Below the pieces are notes generated by a model that was not told the DNA's origin, searched no databases, and saw nothing but the letters and a program-made list of their open reading frames with translations. Shown one piece after another: positions 51,321-60,700 of a DNA stretch of 64,000 bases; position 1 is the first letter of the stretch; each line of letters opens with the position of its first letter. Both the position numbers and the translations under genes were made by a program. The stretch comes from Chloroflexota bacterium (GTDB lineage: Bacteria; Chloroflexota; Dehalococcoidia; Lucifugimonadales; UBA3495): NCBI GenBank assembly GCA_027623675.1, contig JAQBVF010000009.1, forward strand, positions 1 through 64,000. Reading direction: 5' to 3'.

Positions 51321-51958
51321 GGCCAGCTAGCCCGGGCCTTACGGCTGATCACGGCGAACATGGGGTCGTCGGGCGGGCTGGTCTTGGCGTTCAGGAAATT
51401 GCCCTGGATGTCCTCGAAGTTCTCCGCCGCCTCCATGTAGGTGCCCACCAGGTCGACCCGGCCCCGGTCGGTGGAGTTCCGCCAGATCAGCACGGCCTTG
51501 GTGGCGAACATGCGGTTGGAAAAACTGACGATGAAGACCCCGCCCGGCCTCAAAATACGGTTGACCTGGGCGAATGTCTCGATGGGCTTGGTCAGGTATT
51601 GGGCGGAGACGGTAATCACCACGGCATCAAATGACTCGTCGTCAAAGGGCAGTATGGGATTATTGTTCACGTTATGAACAACGATGCTGTCCAGGTCCGG
51701 ATTGTCCATCATCTCGACCTGGTTCAGGCCCAAGCCAACCAGGCGTTTCTTGGGGTGGCCGGCGGGCCAATGGGAGCGCCAACTGCTCATCAGGTCCAAC
51801 ACTTCCGAGTTCTCCGGTATCTCGTCCCGGAAGCACTGGGACACAGCTGCGATGGCCCCCGGGTCGATATGCACCACCAGGCGGGGAGACTGGTAGAAGA
51901 CGCCGTCATCCTCCTCGTCCTCGCGCTGGAAAAGTTCGGGTGTCAGTCTATTCTCCAT
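51317..51958 (-). CDS. SAM-dependent methyltransferase (type 11)
   Basis: DDGVFYQSPRLVVHID, VLDLMSSWRSH, SFSNRMFATKA. Confidence 0.9.
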   Translation of the reverse strand: MENRLTPELFQREDEEDDGVFYQSPRLVVHIDPGAIAAVSQCFRDEIPENSEVLDLMSSWRSHWPAGHPKKRLVGLGLNQVEMMDNPDLDSIVVHNVNNNPILPFDDESFDAVVITVSAQYLTKPIETFAQVNRILRPGGVFIVSFSNRMFATKAVLIWRNSTDRGRVDLVGTYMEAAENFEDIQGNFLNAKTSPPDDPMFAVISRKARASWP

Positions 51959-52183
51959 GATTGAATCTCCGTATCTCTCACGGACCGCATGAAGCGGCCC
52001 TTTGGTTGCGGTTCAAACGTGCCCCCTGGCACCGGCGGATTGTACCACGGCCTTGGCCGGCTCCAGATGGCTGGTGGCGCAGGCGGTCAGGGATTACAAT
52101 CCCGGCACTCTCCGTCCAAGTGGAGCGATTGAAGTGGAGCATCGGACCGGAGCACGAATCAGATTAACAAAGAGGTGATTGCC

Positions 52184-52561
52184 ATGGCTGAAGAGACCAA
52201 AGAGGAGATGCTGAAAAGGATCTCGGAGAACCGGGGTTACTCCCTGGAGATGCACCGGATCATGGCTGAGGTGGACCTGGATTGGGTCACCGCCTACAAC
52301 CAGTTCATCGACGCGACCTACACGGGGCAACGGCTATTGGACCGGAAGACCAAGGAATTGTTGCAGGTGGCGGTGGAAGCCGCTCTGAAAGCCGACGTTG
52401 ACCAGATACAGGCCCACATCCACGTGGCGATACAAGAGGGCGCCTCACCCATGGAAGTGCTGGAAGCCATGCAATGCGTGATCATGCCCATGGGCGCCCT
52501 GGCCTACCGCCGCGGCCTGCAAGCCTGGTCCGCGGAGACCGGCATCGGCCTGGACAAGTAG
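52184..52561 (+). CDS. Carboxymuconolactone decarboxylase family
   Basis: LDRKTKELL..AV, HIHVAIQEGAS..EVLEA. Confidence 0.85.
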   Translation: MAEETKEEMLKRISENRGYSLEMHRIMAEVDLDWVTAYNQFIDATYTGQRLLDRKTKELLQVAVEAALKADVDQIQAHIHVAIQEGASPMEVLEAMQCVIMPMGALAYRRGLQAWSAETGIGLDK

Positions 52562-52593
52562 GACATTACTCAGGTTGAGACCACGTTAACCAG

Positions 52594-52627
52594 TAAGGGG
52601 CATCCCGAAACTATCGGGATGCCCTTA
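52594..52627. terminator. Inverted repeat terminator
   Basis: gggcatcccga-aacta-tcgggatgccc. Confidence 0.6.
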
Positions 52628-52702
52628 ATTTCTCCGAGGAAAGACCAGCGGAGACACACTCCCGGCGAGGTGCCTTGCCCCAAAACTATCATTCAGACGA
52701 GT

Positions 52703-52773
52703 GAGTCATTCCGCGGAAGGAAAGAATCTGCCAATCATCAACTTGGCAGACCCTTCACTACGTTCAGGGTGAC
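52703..52773. repeat. Short degenerate member of the GTCATTC..GAATCT / AGA..TGAC palindromic repeat family
   Basis: gtcattccgcggaaggaaagaatctgccaa...ttggcagacccttcactacgttcagggtgac. Confidence 0.55.
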
Positions 52774-52857
52774 ATCTAAGCAGCACACTTCATGCCCTAA
52801 ACCGTTGCTGTTAGGGCAACGCCCCCGGCGAAGCCGGACCAACCCCGGCCGTGCCGG

Positions 52858-53640
52858 TTATTTTTGCCAGTTGACCTTGTTGGTCAGCGTGCCGATGTCG
52901 TTGATGGAGATGGAGCAGACATCGCCGTCGACCATGTTCTCGGTGGCGCCGTCGGTGCCCATCCACAGCACATCGCCGGGCACCAAGGTCAGGTACTCGC
53001 TCATCTTGCTGATGAAGGTACGCACGCCGAAGATGGCCGTGGCCACATCGTACTCACCCACTATGCGGTCATTAATCTTGATCACCACGTGCAGGTCGTC
53101 GGGGTTCAGATCGGTGACGATCCAGGGGCCCATGGGCTTGAAGGTGTCGGTGTTCTTGGCCCGCCACATGGTGCGGTCGCCCCGCTGCCAGGTGCGCTCA
53201 CTCACGTCGTTGCCGATGCTGTAACCCAGCACGTAGTCCAGCGCCTGGGCTTCGGTGACGTTGCGGCAGGTCTTGCCGATGACCACCACCAGTTCGCCCT
53301 CATACTGGAGCATCTCAGTGGCGTCCTTGGGCACGATGATGTCATGGCCGTCGGGCACCAGGGCGTTGATGGCCCGGTAGCCCACATCAGCCTGCTTGGG
53401 CAGGACCGGCTCTTCACCGCGCATCTGGGCGGCCCAGGTCACGTGTTCCGGATAGTTGATGCCGGCGGCATAGAATGTGGGGGGAATAACCGGCACCTCC
53501 AGCTTCACCGCGTTCAATTTGTGCGACTTGCTGGTTTTCTTGTAGCTGTCGAAGGGGCTTCCTTCAACCGCGGTTACGGTGTCTCCCTCGATTATCCCGT
53601 AGGAGATGGGGCCACCGGTGGAGAATCTGCACCATTTCAT
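52858..53640 (-). CDS. Fumarylacetoacetate hydrolase family
   Basis: GINYPEH, YEGELVVVIGK, GNDVSERTWQ, AKNTDTFKPMGP. Confidence 0.93.
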   Translation of the reverse strand: MKWCRFSTGGPISYGIIEGDTVTAVEGSPFDSYKKTSKSHKLNAVKLEVPVIPPTFYAAGINYPEHVTWAAQMRGEEPVLPKQADVGYRAINALVPDGHDIIVPKDATEMLQYEGELVVVIGKTCRNVTEAQALDYVLGYSIGNDVSERTWQRGDRTMWRAKNTDTFKPMGPWIVTDLNPDDLHVVIKINDRIVGEYDVATAIFGVRTFISKMSEYLTLVPGDVLWMGTDGATENMVDGDVCSISINDIGTLTNKVNWQK

Positions 53641-53763
53641 ATCGTTCACCTCGTTTGTTGGCGATACCCAAGGCCGGTCCATCTCGCTGCCGGGCCGTGA
53701 GTCATGCAGGCCAATTTTACACCGCGCTCCGGCCCGGTCAAGCTGACGCCAACATCCTCTGGT

Positions 53764-53803
53764 TCACGGGTGTCTCACGGATGTCTCACGGATGTCTCAT
53801 GGA
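53764..53803. repeat. 11-bp tandem repeat TCACGGATGTC x3.5 in a divergent promoter region
   Basis: tcacgggtgtc tcacggatgtc tcacggatgtc tcatgga. Confidence 0.7.
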
Positions 53804-53896
53804 ACCCGCCGAAAATGGTAGAATCTAGCCCGCCAGACCTCAAATGCTCTGGGCGGCGGGGCCGGCAACGATACTAGAAACCAAGGTGGATGTGCC

Positions 53897-54667
53897 ATGC
53901 GACTGGAAGGAAAGACGGCCCTGATCACCGGCGCCAGCCGGAACATCGGCAAAGAGATTGCGTTGACCTTTGCCCGTGAGGGCGCCGACCTGGTTCTGAA
54001 CACCCGGAACAGCGAAGCCGAACTGGAAGAGGTGGCCAGCGAGTGCCGGGAATTGGGCGTGAAGACCCACACGGTGATCGCCAACGTCGCCGAATCGGCC
54101 AGCGTCACCAAGATGGTGGCAGATGGGATCCAGGCGTTGGGCAAGATCGACATCCTGGTCAATAACGTGGCCGTCCGCCCCCACAAACCCATCTTGGAGA
54201 TAACCGACGAAGAGTGGCACACCACGCTGGGAATCAACCTGCACGCCGCGTTCTACCTGTGCCGGGCAGTGCTGCCCGGCATGATGGAACGGCAGAGCGG
54301 CAGTATCATCGCCCTGGGCGGGCAGTCGGCCATCACCGGCCGCCCCGGAACCAGCATCGTGACCACCGCCAAGACCGGGGTGCTGGGCCTGATTCGCGCC
54401 GTTGCGGCTGAGATGGCACCCTACAACATCCGGGCCAACATGGTGAACCCCGGCTCCACCGACACCTCCCGGGGCAATCCCGAGTGGTATCCCGAGTTCC
54501 AAGCCGGCACCGACCGAGGTTCGTCGGAGCACCTGAAATCCATCCCCATGGGCCGTCAGGCGACCGTGCAAGACATCGCCAACGCCTGCCTGTTCTTCGC
54601 CTCGGACGAGTCGGGCTACATCACCGGGGACAGCGTGAACGTCATGGGCGGCCGCTACATCTTCTAG
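53897..54667 (+). CDS. SDR oxidoreductase
   Basis: TGASRNIG, DILVNN, VTTAK in place of YxxxK, NMVNPG. Confidence 0.9.
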   Translation: MRLEGKTALITGASRNIGKEIALTFAREGADLVLNTRNSEAELEEVASECRELGVKTHTVIANVAESASVTKMVADGIQALGKIDILVNNVAVRPHKPILEITDEEWHTTLGINLHAAFYLCRAVLPGMMERQSGSIIALGGQSAITGRPGTSIVTTAKTGVLGLIRAVAAEMAPYNIRANMVNPGSTDTSRGNPEWYPEFQAGTDRGSSEHLKSIPMGRQATVQDIANACLFFASDESGYITGDSVNVMGGRYIF

Positions 54668-54809
54668 CCAGGCTGAGCCTGGACCCGATTACCTCCGGAG
54701 CCCCATCTCGCTGCGCCGCACCGACAGAAGTCCCCCATTTCGTAAAGTGGGCTAGGGGGATTTTTCCCTGGTAGCGAAATGCCCCCTAGCGCGCCCACCA
54801 ACCCACTAC

Positions 54810-55373
54810 CTAGATGGGCAGCGGCAGCTCCGTCAGGTTGTCGGGAAGGCCCACATCGAAGGCGTTGATGTTGAAGGCCAAGGCCGAGTAGTACCCCATC
54901 AGGTTGGTCAGTTCCACCAAGCCCAGGACGCCGAACTGCGCCTTGGCCGCGTCGAACGTTGCCTGGCTGACCCTGTGAGTGCGGAAGAACTCCCGGCCGT
55001 AGTTGACCACCGCCGACTCCTGGTCCGAAAGCCCCGTCAGTTCCTTCTTGTCGCGGAGATTGTCGACCAACGCGTCGCTCACACCGGCCTTGCGGGCATT
55101 GGCCGAGTGGGCGTTCCAGATGAACTGGCAGTCCAACTCCCGGGCGGTCAGTATCATGGCAAGCTCCCGGACGTTGGCCGGCAGGGTGATCTCATCTCCC
55201 CGGAAGTAGGCCCGGTAGTGCTCGCCGCGGCTGGCCAACTCGGGGCCGTTCAGCATGATGGCCACGGGGCCGATGTCCGGCACCACGCCGCCGCGTGACT
55301 TCACCAATTCGTCAAAGGCGGCCAGTTGGTCTTGTGGCACGCTCTCTCTACTGACTATAGGTATTCTCGACAT
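54810..55373 (-). CDS. Carboxymuconolactone decarboxylase family
   Basis: RELAMILTARELDCQFIWNAH, GLVELTNLMGYY. Confidence 0.88.
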   Translation of the reverse strand: MSRIPIVSRESVPQDQLAAFDELVKSRGGVVPDIGPVAIMLNGPELASRGEHYRAYFRGDEITLPANVRELAMILTARELDCQFIWNAHSANARKAGVSDALVDNLRDKKELTGLSDQESAVVNYGREFFRTHRVSQATFDAAKAQFGVLGLVELTNLMGYYSALAFNINAFDVGLPDNLTELPLPI

Positions 55374-55494
55374 TTGATCCTCCCGATCTTCACATTCCTG
55401 ATACCCGCCAACGTCGGGCGGGCACCACATGATACAACAGCCCGCCGGCGTCCGGTGTGACAAGCGATCCGGAACTAAAGTAACCTTGTCCATT

Positions 55495-57012
55495 ATGTCT
55501 TCGACCGACCTGGACCATGCCGGCGGCACCTCCCTGACCCGCAGCCCAAACTACAAGTATTGGGTCTTTGGGGCCTTGGCCATCGGCACGTTCGCATCGG
55601 TGGTGGACCACGGCAGCGTCAACGTGGCCCTGCCGACCATCGCCACCAGATTCCAGACCGACCTGCCGACCATCCAATGGGTGGTCATAACCTACGCCCT
55701 CACCATCAGCGCGCTGCTGCTGCCCATGGGGCGTCTCTCGGACCTTATCGGCCGCCGTAAGGTGTACATCGCAGGAATGGCGGTGTTGGCCATCGGAGCG
55801 GCATTGGCCGGGCTGTCACCCAACCTGGAGATGCTGTTCCCGGCCCGGGTGCTGCAGGGCGTGGGCGCCGCCATGACCCAGGGCACGGGCATGGCCATCA
55901 TCACATCAGCATTCCCGCCCAACGAGAAAGGCCGGGCCATCGGACTGATCATGACCATGGTGGGGGTGGGCGCGGTTGCCGGTCCGGCCATCGGGGGGCT
56001 GGCCGTCGACGCCTTTGGCTGGCGCGCGGTGTTCTTCCTGACCATCCCCTTGGAGGTCATCGGCGTGGCCGTCACTCTGTGGGTGATGCGCGGCTGGGCG
56101 GACGTTCGGGAATCCGGGAGAGCCCGGTTCGACTGGTTGGGAGCCACACTGTCGGCGGGGATATTGGTGGCCTTGCTGATCACCATGACCACCGGCAACA
56201 AGACCGGCTGGTTTTCGCCGGTCATCCTGGCCGCCTTCGCCGGGTCCGCCGCCATGCTCGCCACCTTCATATGGTGGGAATTGCACACCACCGCCCCAAT
56301 GTTGGACCTGCGGCTATTCAAGGGCGTAACTTTCTCGCTGGGCGTGTCGGCGGCTTTCCTGACGTTCCTGGGGTCGTCGGCGGTCCTATTCCTGATGCCC
56401 TTCTATCTGCAGAACGTGTTGGGCTACAGCGCCAAGACCGCCGGCTTTGTCGTGGTGCCCGGAGCGTTATGCATGGCGGTGCTGGGGTCGGTCAGCGGGG
56501 TGCTCTCCGACCGGTTCGGGTGGCGTCCATTCACGGTGGGTGGCCTGGCGTCTTCGGCCACCGGACTTATCATCCTGTCGCGGGTCACCGAGACATCGCC
56601 GCTATGGATGGTGGTGCCGGCGCTGATGCTGATGAACAGCGGCATGGGAACCTTCTATTCGCCCAACTCCAGTTCGGTGATGAACTCGGTCAGTCCCGAC
56701 AAGTACGGCGTGGTGTCCGGGTTCTTGAACCTGGTGCGAAACGCCGCCAACGTCACCAGCATCGCCGTCGCCACCATCATCGTCACCGCCACCATGGGTT
56801 CATTGGGCTTCGAGCCAAGCTTGGAAGCGGTCCGGGGCGGCAGCGAGGGGGTTGGCCACGCATTTACCGTGGGACTCCGCTACGCCTTCTTGGTGATGAT
56901 GGGGATGGTTCTCTCAGCCATGACCATCTCCGCCCTGCAACGGGGACGCTCCGGAGAGGAGGCCGCTGACCCGGCGGCCGACGCCCTGGGAAGGTCCCAG
57001 GCCGACGATTAA
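55495..57012 (+). CDS. MFS DHA2 (EmrB/QacA-like) transporter
   Basis: VNVALPTI, GRLSDLIGRRK, RVLQGVG, GPAIGG, PMLDLRLF. Confidence 0.92.
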   Translation: MSSTDLDHAGGTSLTRSPNYKYWVFGALAIGTFASVVDHGSVNVALPTIATRFQTDLPTIQWVVITYALTISALLLPMGRLSDLIGRRKVYIAGMAVLAIGAALAGLSPNLEMLFPARVLQGVGAAMTQGTGMAIITSAFPPNEKGRAIGLIMTMVGVGAVAGPAIGGLAVDAFGWRAVFFLTIPLEVIGVAVTLWVMRGWADVRESGRARFDWLGATLSAGILVALLITMTTGNKTGWFSPVILAAFAGSAAMLATFIWWELHTTAPMLDLRLFKGVTFSLGVSAAFLTFLGSSAVLFLMPFYLQNVLGYSAKTAGFVVVPGALCMAVLGSVSGVLSDRFGWRPFTVGGLASSATGLIILSRVTETSPLWMVVPALMLMNSGMGTFYSPNSSSVMNSVSPDKYGVVSGFLNLVRNAANVTSIAVATIIVTATMGSLGFEPSLEAVRGGSEGVGHAFTVGLRYAFLVMMGMVLSAMTISALQRGRSGEEAADPAADALGRSQADD

Positions 57013-57028
57013 CCGGCTGACAGTCAGC

Positions 57029-57364
57029 CTATAGAGGACTTTGTCCCAGCAATCCCGCGAACCGCAGGCCCCACAAGACTCCAGCCAGTCCCGTGGACAG
57101 TATCAACGTGACGGTCGCCCGGTTCTTCCACGCCGACCCCCACCAGCTGCCATGAGACTGCGCCAGCCACCAGCCCCGCGCCAACATGAGCACGGTTAAA
57201 GCCAAGAAAGGCCAGGTCATCACCCGCAACGCGGGCGCCAAGGCCAACCCGGCCGACGTTCCCCCCAGAACACCGAGCAGGCCCGGGACCACTCATCACC
57301 AAGGAAGCGGCAACAGTCCACTGAGCAGGCTTACGAACGGCTTTTCCAACGCAAATAGTTTCAT
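57029..57364 (-). CDS. merT: MerT-like mercuric transporter with tandem TGA-TGA (putative Sec23-Sec24)
   Basis: MKLFALEKPFVSLLSGLLPLPW-TGA-TGA-VVPGLLGVLGG...RVMTWPFLALTVLMLARGWW; TGAs at 57298-57293; 3 TM segments; directly after merA. Confidence 0.75.
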
Positions 57365-57503
57365 TGTTTCCCCAACTCTCTCGTCAGATATCTGCCACGC
57401 ACTACGGCTGCTCCGGGTGAGTAAACTCAAGGGCAGCGGTGGAACGGCCAGTCAGATCAGATTTTCCCAAGGCCCGCTGTCTGAAACTCAAGCGCAGGGT
57501 CAC

Positions 57504-58940
57504 CTACTCGACGCAGCAACTCATCTGAGACACATCCCGCGTGAAGGCTTGCGCCGCTCGCTTTATACCCTCGCTCAGGGTCGGAAATACGTGGACGGTA
57601 TCGATTATGTCGTCGATGGTCAGGCTGAATTTCACCGCCATAGTGGCTTCGTGAATCAGGTCCGCGGCATGGGGCGCGACGATGTGAACGCCAAGCACCT
57701 TGGAGTTACTTGGATCGATGACCATCTTGAAAACGCCACGGTCATCCTTGGTGGCCTCTGCCTTTGGGACCGCGTCCATGTAGATGGTGCGGCAAGCGCA
57801 GGCTTTGGTCCTGCGCATCAGCTCCTCTTCAGTGATGCCAACCGACCCCACCTCAGGGTCCGTGAAAACGGCATGGGGCACTTCGTCATAGTTGATGCTC
57901 CTACGCGCGGAAGTCAGCGCATTGTCCGCGGCCAACGCCCCTTCTTTGGCCGCGACCGTCTCCAACGCCATCTTTCCGACACAGTCGCCGGCGGCGAAGA
58001 CGTCCGGGTTATCGGTCTGGTAATACTCGTCGACCTGGATGAAACCGTTTCCGTTGGCTTTCACACCGGCTTTCTCCAGCTGTAACGCGCCGGTATTGGC
58101 CTGGATGCCCGCGGCCAGCAGCAATTGGTCCGCCTCCAGGTCGGTTGCCGTTGTAACAAGACTTCGGTTCCGTTGGACCCCGCTGCCGCCCCGGACCGTG
58201 ACGATCTTCCTGCCGTTCCGTTCAGCCACCTTGTCCACCGTTACACCCACGTGAAACTCGATCCCCTCGTTCTCCAGGTTGCGTTGTAGTTCGGCGGCTA
58301 CCTCCGGCTCCTCACGGGGCAGAATTCGGTCCATGGCCTCCACCACGGTTACCTTCGTGCCAAAGCGAGCGAACATCTGGGCGAATTCCAATCCCAAGGG
58401 CCCGCCGCCAATAACGATCATTGATTCAGGCAGTTCTTGAAGCGCGAGCGCCGAGACGTTGTTCAGCCAGCGAACTTGGTCGATGCCGTCGATCGGCAGA
58501 ACCCTAGTGGAAGACCCGGTGGCGATGATTATCTTCTCCGCTTCGTAGGTCTGACCGCCGGCTTCCACGGCATTCGGCCCAACGAAACTGGCCACAGCCT
58601 CTAGCAGGGTAACCGTATCCAGGCCATCCAGAACGTTGCGGTAATTCCTCTGCCGCAAAGCGCCCACAAGCTCATCCTTTTCTTGGATGGCGGTCTTAAA
58701 ATCGAAATCGGGGCGGCGCCCATTGGAGATAGAGTTGAAATTTGAGTGGGAGCTGTAAAAAAGGTCATTGCCCACGCTGAGCAGGTGTTTACTGGGAACA
58801 CAGCCAACGTTGACGCAGGTGCCGCCCAGGGGCAGGCCGCTGTTGATCATGAGCGCGCTCTTGCCAAGATCCGCCGCTTTGGTCGCCGCTGCGAAGGCCG
58901 CCGCTCCGCCTCCGATGATTATCAGGTCAAGCTTATCCAT
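57504..58940 (-). CDS. merA: Mercuric reductase lacking the N-terminal NmerA domain
   Basis: [13 protein letters not shown] redox centre; C-terminal vicinal pair [15 protein letters not shown]. Confidence 0.92.
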   Translation of the reverse strand: MDKLDLIIIGGGAAAFAAATKAADLGKSALMINSGLPLGGTCVNVGCVPSKHLLSVGNDLFYSSHSNFNSISNGRRPDFDFKTAIQEKDELVGALRQRNYRNVLDGLDTVTLLEAVASFVGPNAVEAGGQTYEAEKIIIATGSSTRVLPIDGIDQVRWLNNVSALALQELPESMIVIGGGPLGLEFAQMFARFGTKVTVVEAMDRILPREEPEVAAELQRNLENEGIEFHVGVTVDKVAERNGRKIVTVRGGSGVQRNRSLVTTATDLEADQLLLAAGIQANTGALQLEKAGVKANGNGFIQVDEYYQTDNPDVFAAGDCVGKMALETVAAKEGALAADNALTSARRSINYDEVPHAVFTDPEVGSVGITEEELMRRTKACACRTIYMDAVPKAEATKDDRGVFKMVIDPSNSKVLGVHIVAPHAADLIHEATMAVKFSLTIDDIIDTVHVFPTLSEGIKRAAQAFTRDVSQMSCCVE

Positions 58941-59147
58941 GGTCGCCTCTCAGTTATTGTTGTTTTAATCAGGTTAGTTTGGCTTTTGACGAGGGGACAT
59001 TTAGCTCAAGGATGAACACATCCTAAGTGCGCTATTGAAGACTCGAGGCATACCCTCTCTCCACGAGTTGCTTCAGCAATGTTTCGGCGTTACTGGACCG
59101 AAACTTTCCCCCACTGTCTGGATTCCGATAAACGATCGAGGCCTTGA

Positions 59148-59672
59148 TCACAGCGTCCGTTCAATCTCGGTCTTCAAAACGTCGTACGACGTAGCGCCGC
59201 CGTCACGGTAGGAGACGAGTCCATTTCGATCCAGGATTATGGTCGTGCCCAGGCTCGTCACTCCGAACTCCTTGACCAACCGGCCGCCGGTATCGTTTGC
59301 CCAGGTCACATCTTCAGCCCCCTTGCTATGCCAGTAATCGCGCCATTCCTCCACGGAGACCCAGGCGGCGGTATTGATGGCCAGAACCTGGACTCCCTGG
59401 GACTGAAATTCCCGTTGCGCCCGCCCTAAGGCTGGAGCCTCCAGCCCGCAGGTGGGTCAACCGGGAAACGAGAAGTAAAGGACCACGGTTTTACCCAGGT
59501 AGTCGTCCATCGCCAAGGAGACTGCTGGAACAGCTCCGCCGGGTCCGTCGGCGGCCGGAGGGCCGGAATCGTTCGCCCCTGAGACGGCCGTGTTGCCTCC
59601 GCAGCCGGCCAGCGCGGCGGTCAATGCCAACATGATCAGAAAAGCGAGCGCCCTGGGGTAGGTTGATCTCAA
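59148..59672 (-). CDS. TlpA-like thioredoxin-fold lipoprotein selenoprotein, UxxC
   Basis: LAGC lipobox; GKTVVLYFSFPG-TGA(59459-59457)-PTCGLEAPAL continues in frame to FGVTSLGTTIILDRNG. Confidence 0.88.
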
Positions 59673-59687
59673 ATCAGCTCCGGAGGG

Positions 59688-59852
59688 TCAACTTGGAATA
59701 TGGTGGTCAAGCGAAGCGGTCGATCCTGGTACCGGGTCTGGTGTTTCGGGTGGCCCGCTTGGGGACCGGCGGAACACCATGGCGCCCAGCCCGATCATGG
59801 CCGGGATCAAGATACAGCAGATAACCGGAAATGCGGCCAGGAAAGCTCCCAC
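59688..59852 (-). CDS. Small single-TM peptide with vicinal Cys-Cys; could start at 59885 through a TGA
   Basis: VGAFLAAFPVICCILIPAMIGLGAMVFRR...; fills the operon gap. Confidence 0.5.
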   Translation of the reverse strand: MGAFLAAFPVICCILIPAMIGLGAMVFRRSPSGPPETPDPVPGSTASLDHHIPS

Positions 59853-59940
59853 GATTACCTGCTTCGCCTTTCAGAAGTAGTCCATGAAACCGACCGCGGC
59901 TTTTGGCTCCGGTAGAACGCCAATTTCGGTGGTGCGGCCA

Positions 59941-60177
59941 CTATTCAGCCAGCAATTTTTCGAAGCGGGCGCGGTCAAATCCCACCACGACCTCGCCGTC
60001 GATCACGGTAACCGGGGTGGTCAACACACCCAGCTTCATCAACTCGTCCATTGCGGACTTGTCGTTCATGACATCCCGTTCCACAAAAGGAACATCCCGT
60101 TGCAAAAGATAATCTTTTGCCATCTCACAGAAGTGTCAACCGTCGGGTTGGGTGTAAACGAATATCTCGCGTGTCAT
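59941..60177 (-). CDS. Glutaredoxin/NrdH-like selenoprotein, UxxC
   Basis: AAGGAG RBS; MTREIFVYTQPDG-TGA(60138-60136)-HFCEMAKDYL...TTPVTVIDGEVVVGFD. Confidence 0.9.
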
Positions 60178-60227
60178 GAACTCTCCTTACTAAACTGATG
60201 GCTGGCTAAACACCTGAGCGTGGCGTA

Positions 60228-60671
60228 CTACCGAGGACGTTTGACGGCTGGGGCGGTCCGACGGTGTGCGACGTCGCTCTGTTCGATTATCGAGCAGATC
60301 TCCCCTCCCTCGGTCTTGCAGTCGACCAGGCCGATCGAGTGCTCTCTTAGCTCGACCAGGTCGCCTTTGAGGGCTTTCAGGTCTTCTATTGATGCCTCAA
60401 CATCCGATATCTTTTGGTCCAACAGGTCGCGGACGTGGATGCACGTCGCTTCTTTCGCGTCATGCAATCGAAAGATTCCCCGAATCTCATTCAAAGAGAA
60501 CCCCAATCGCTTCGCTTTAAGGATGAATTCCAGCCTACTCAACGACTCCCCATCGTACGAACGGTAGCCCCCAGTTGTCCTTGGGGGCTCCGGCATCAGG
60601 CCTTCGGCCTCATAGAACCTGATGGTCTTGGTGTTCGTGCCGGTGGCGCGGGCCAATTCGCCAATCTTCAC
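60228..60671 (-). CDS. merR: MerR-family heavy-metal regulator
   Basis: IGELA..TIRFYE..GL...RT.GGYRSY; three Cys (EATC, VDC, EICSII) spaced like the MerR Hg site. Confidence 0.9.
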   Translation of the reverse strand: MKIGELARATGTNTKTIRFYEAEGLMPEPPRTTGGYRSYDGESLSRLEFILKAKRLGFSLNEIRGIFRLHDAKEATCIHVRDLLDQKISDVEASIEDLKALKGDLVELREHSIGLVDCKTEGGEICSIIEQSDVAHRRTAPAVKRPR

Positions 60672-60700
60672 TGATCGCTCCTGGATAGCTGCTGAATCCG

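Noticed and set aside
57504..58940. Dihydrolipoamide dehydrogenase
   Set aside because: The C-terminal CC pair and the merR/merT context indicate MerA.
58941..59147. Hidden merP between the TlpA-like gene and merA
   Set aside because: No CxxC or TGA-equivalent HMA motif found in the short frame I read there.
57029..60177. Decayed mer operon made of pseudogenes
   Set aside because: All interruptions are TGA, frames are intact on both sides, and merA, merR and the operator are intact. Not formally excluded without sel genes.
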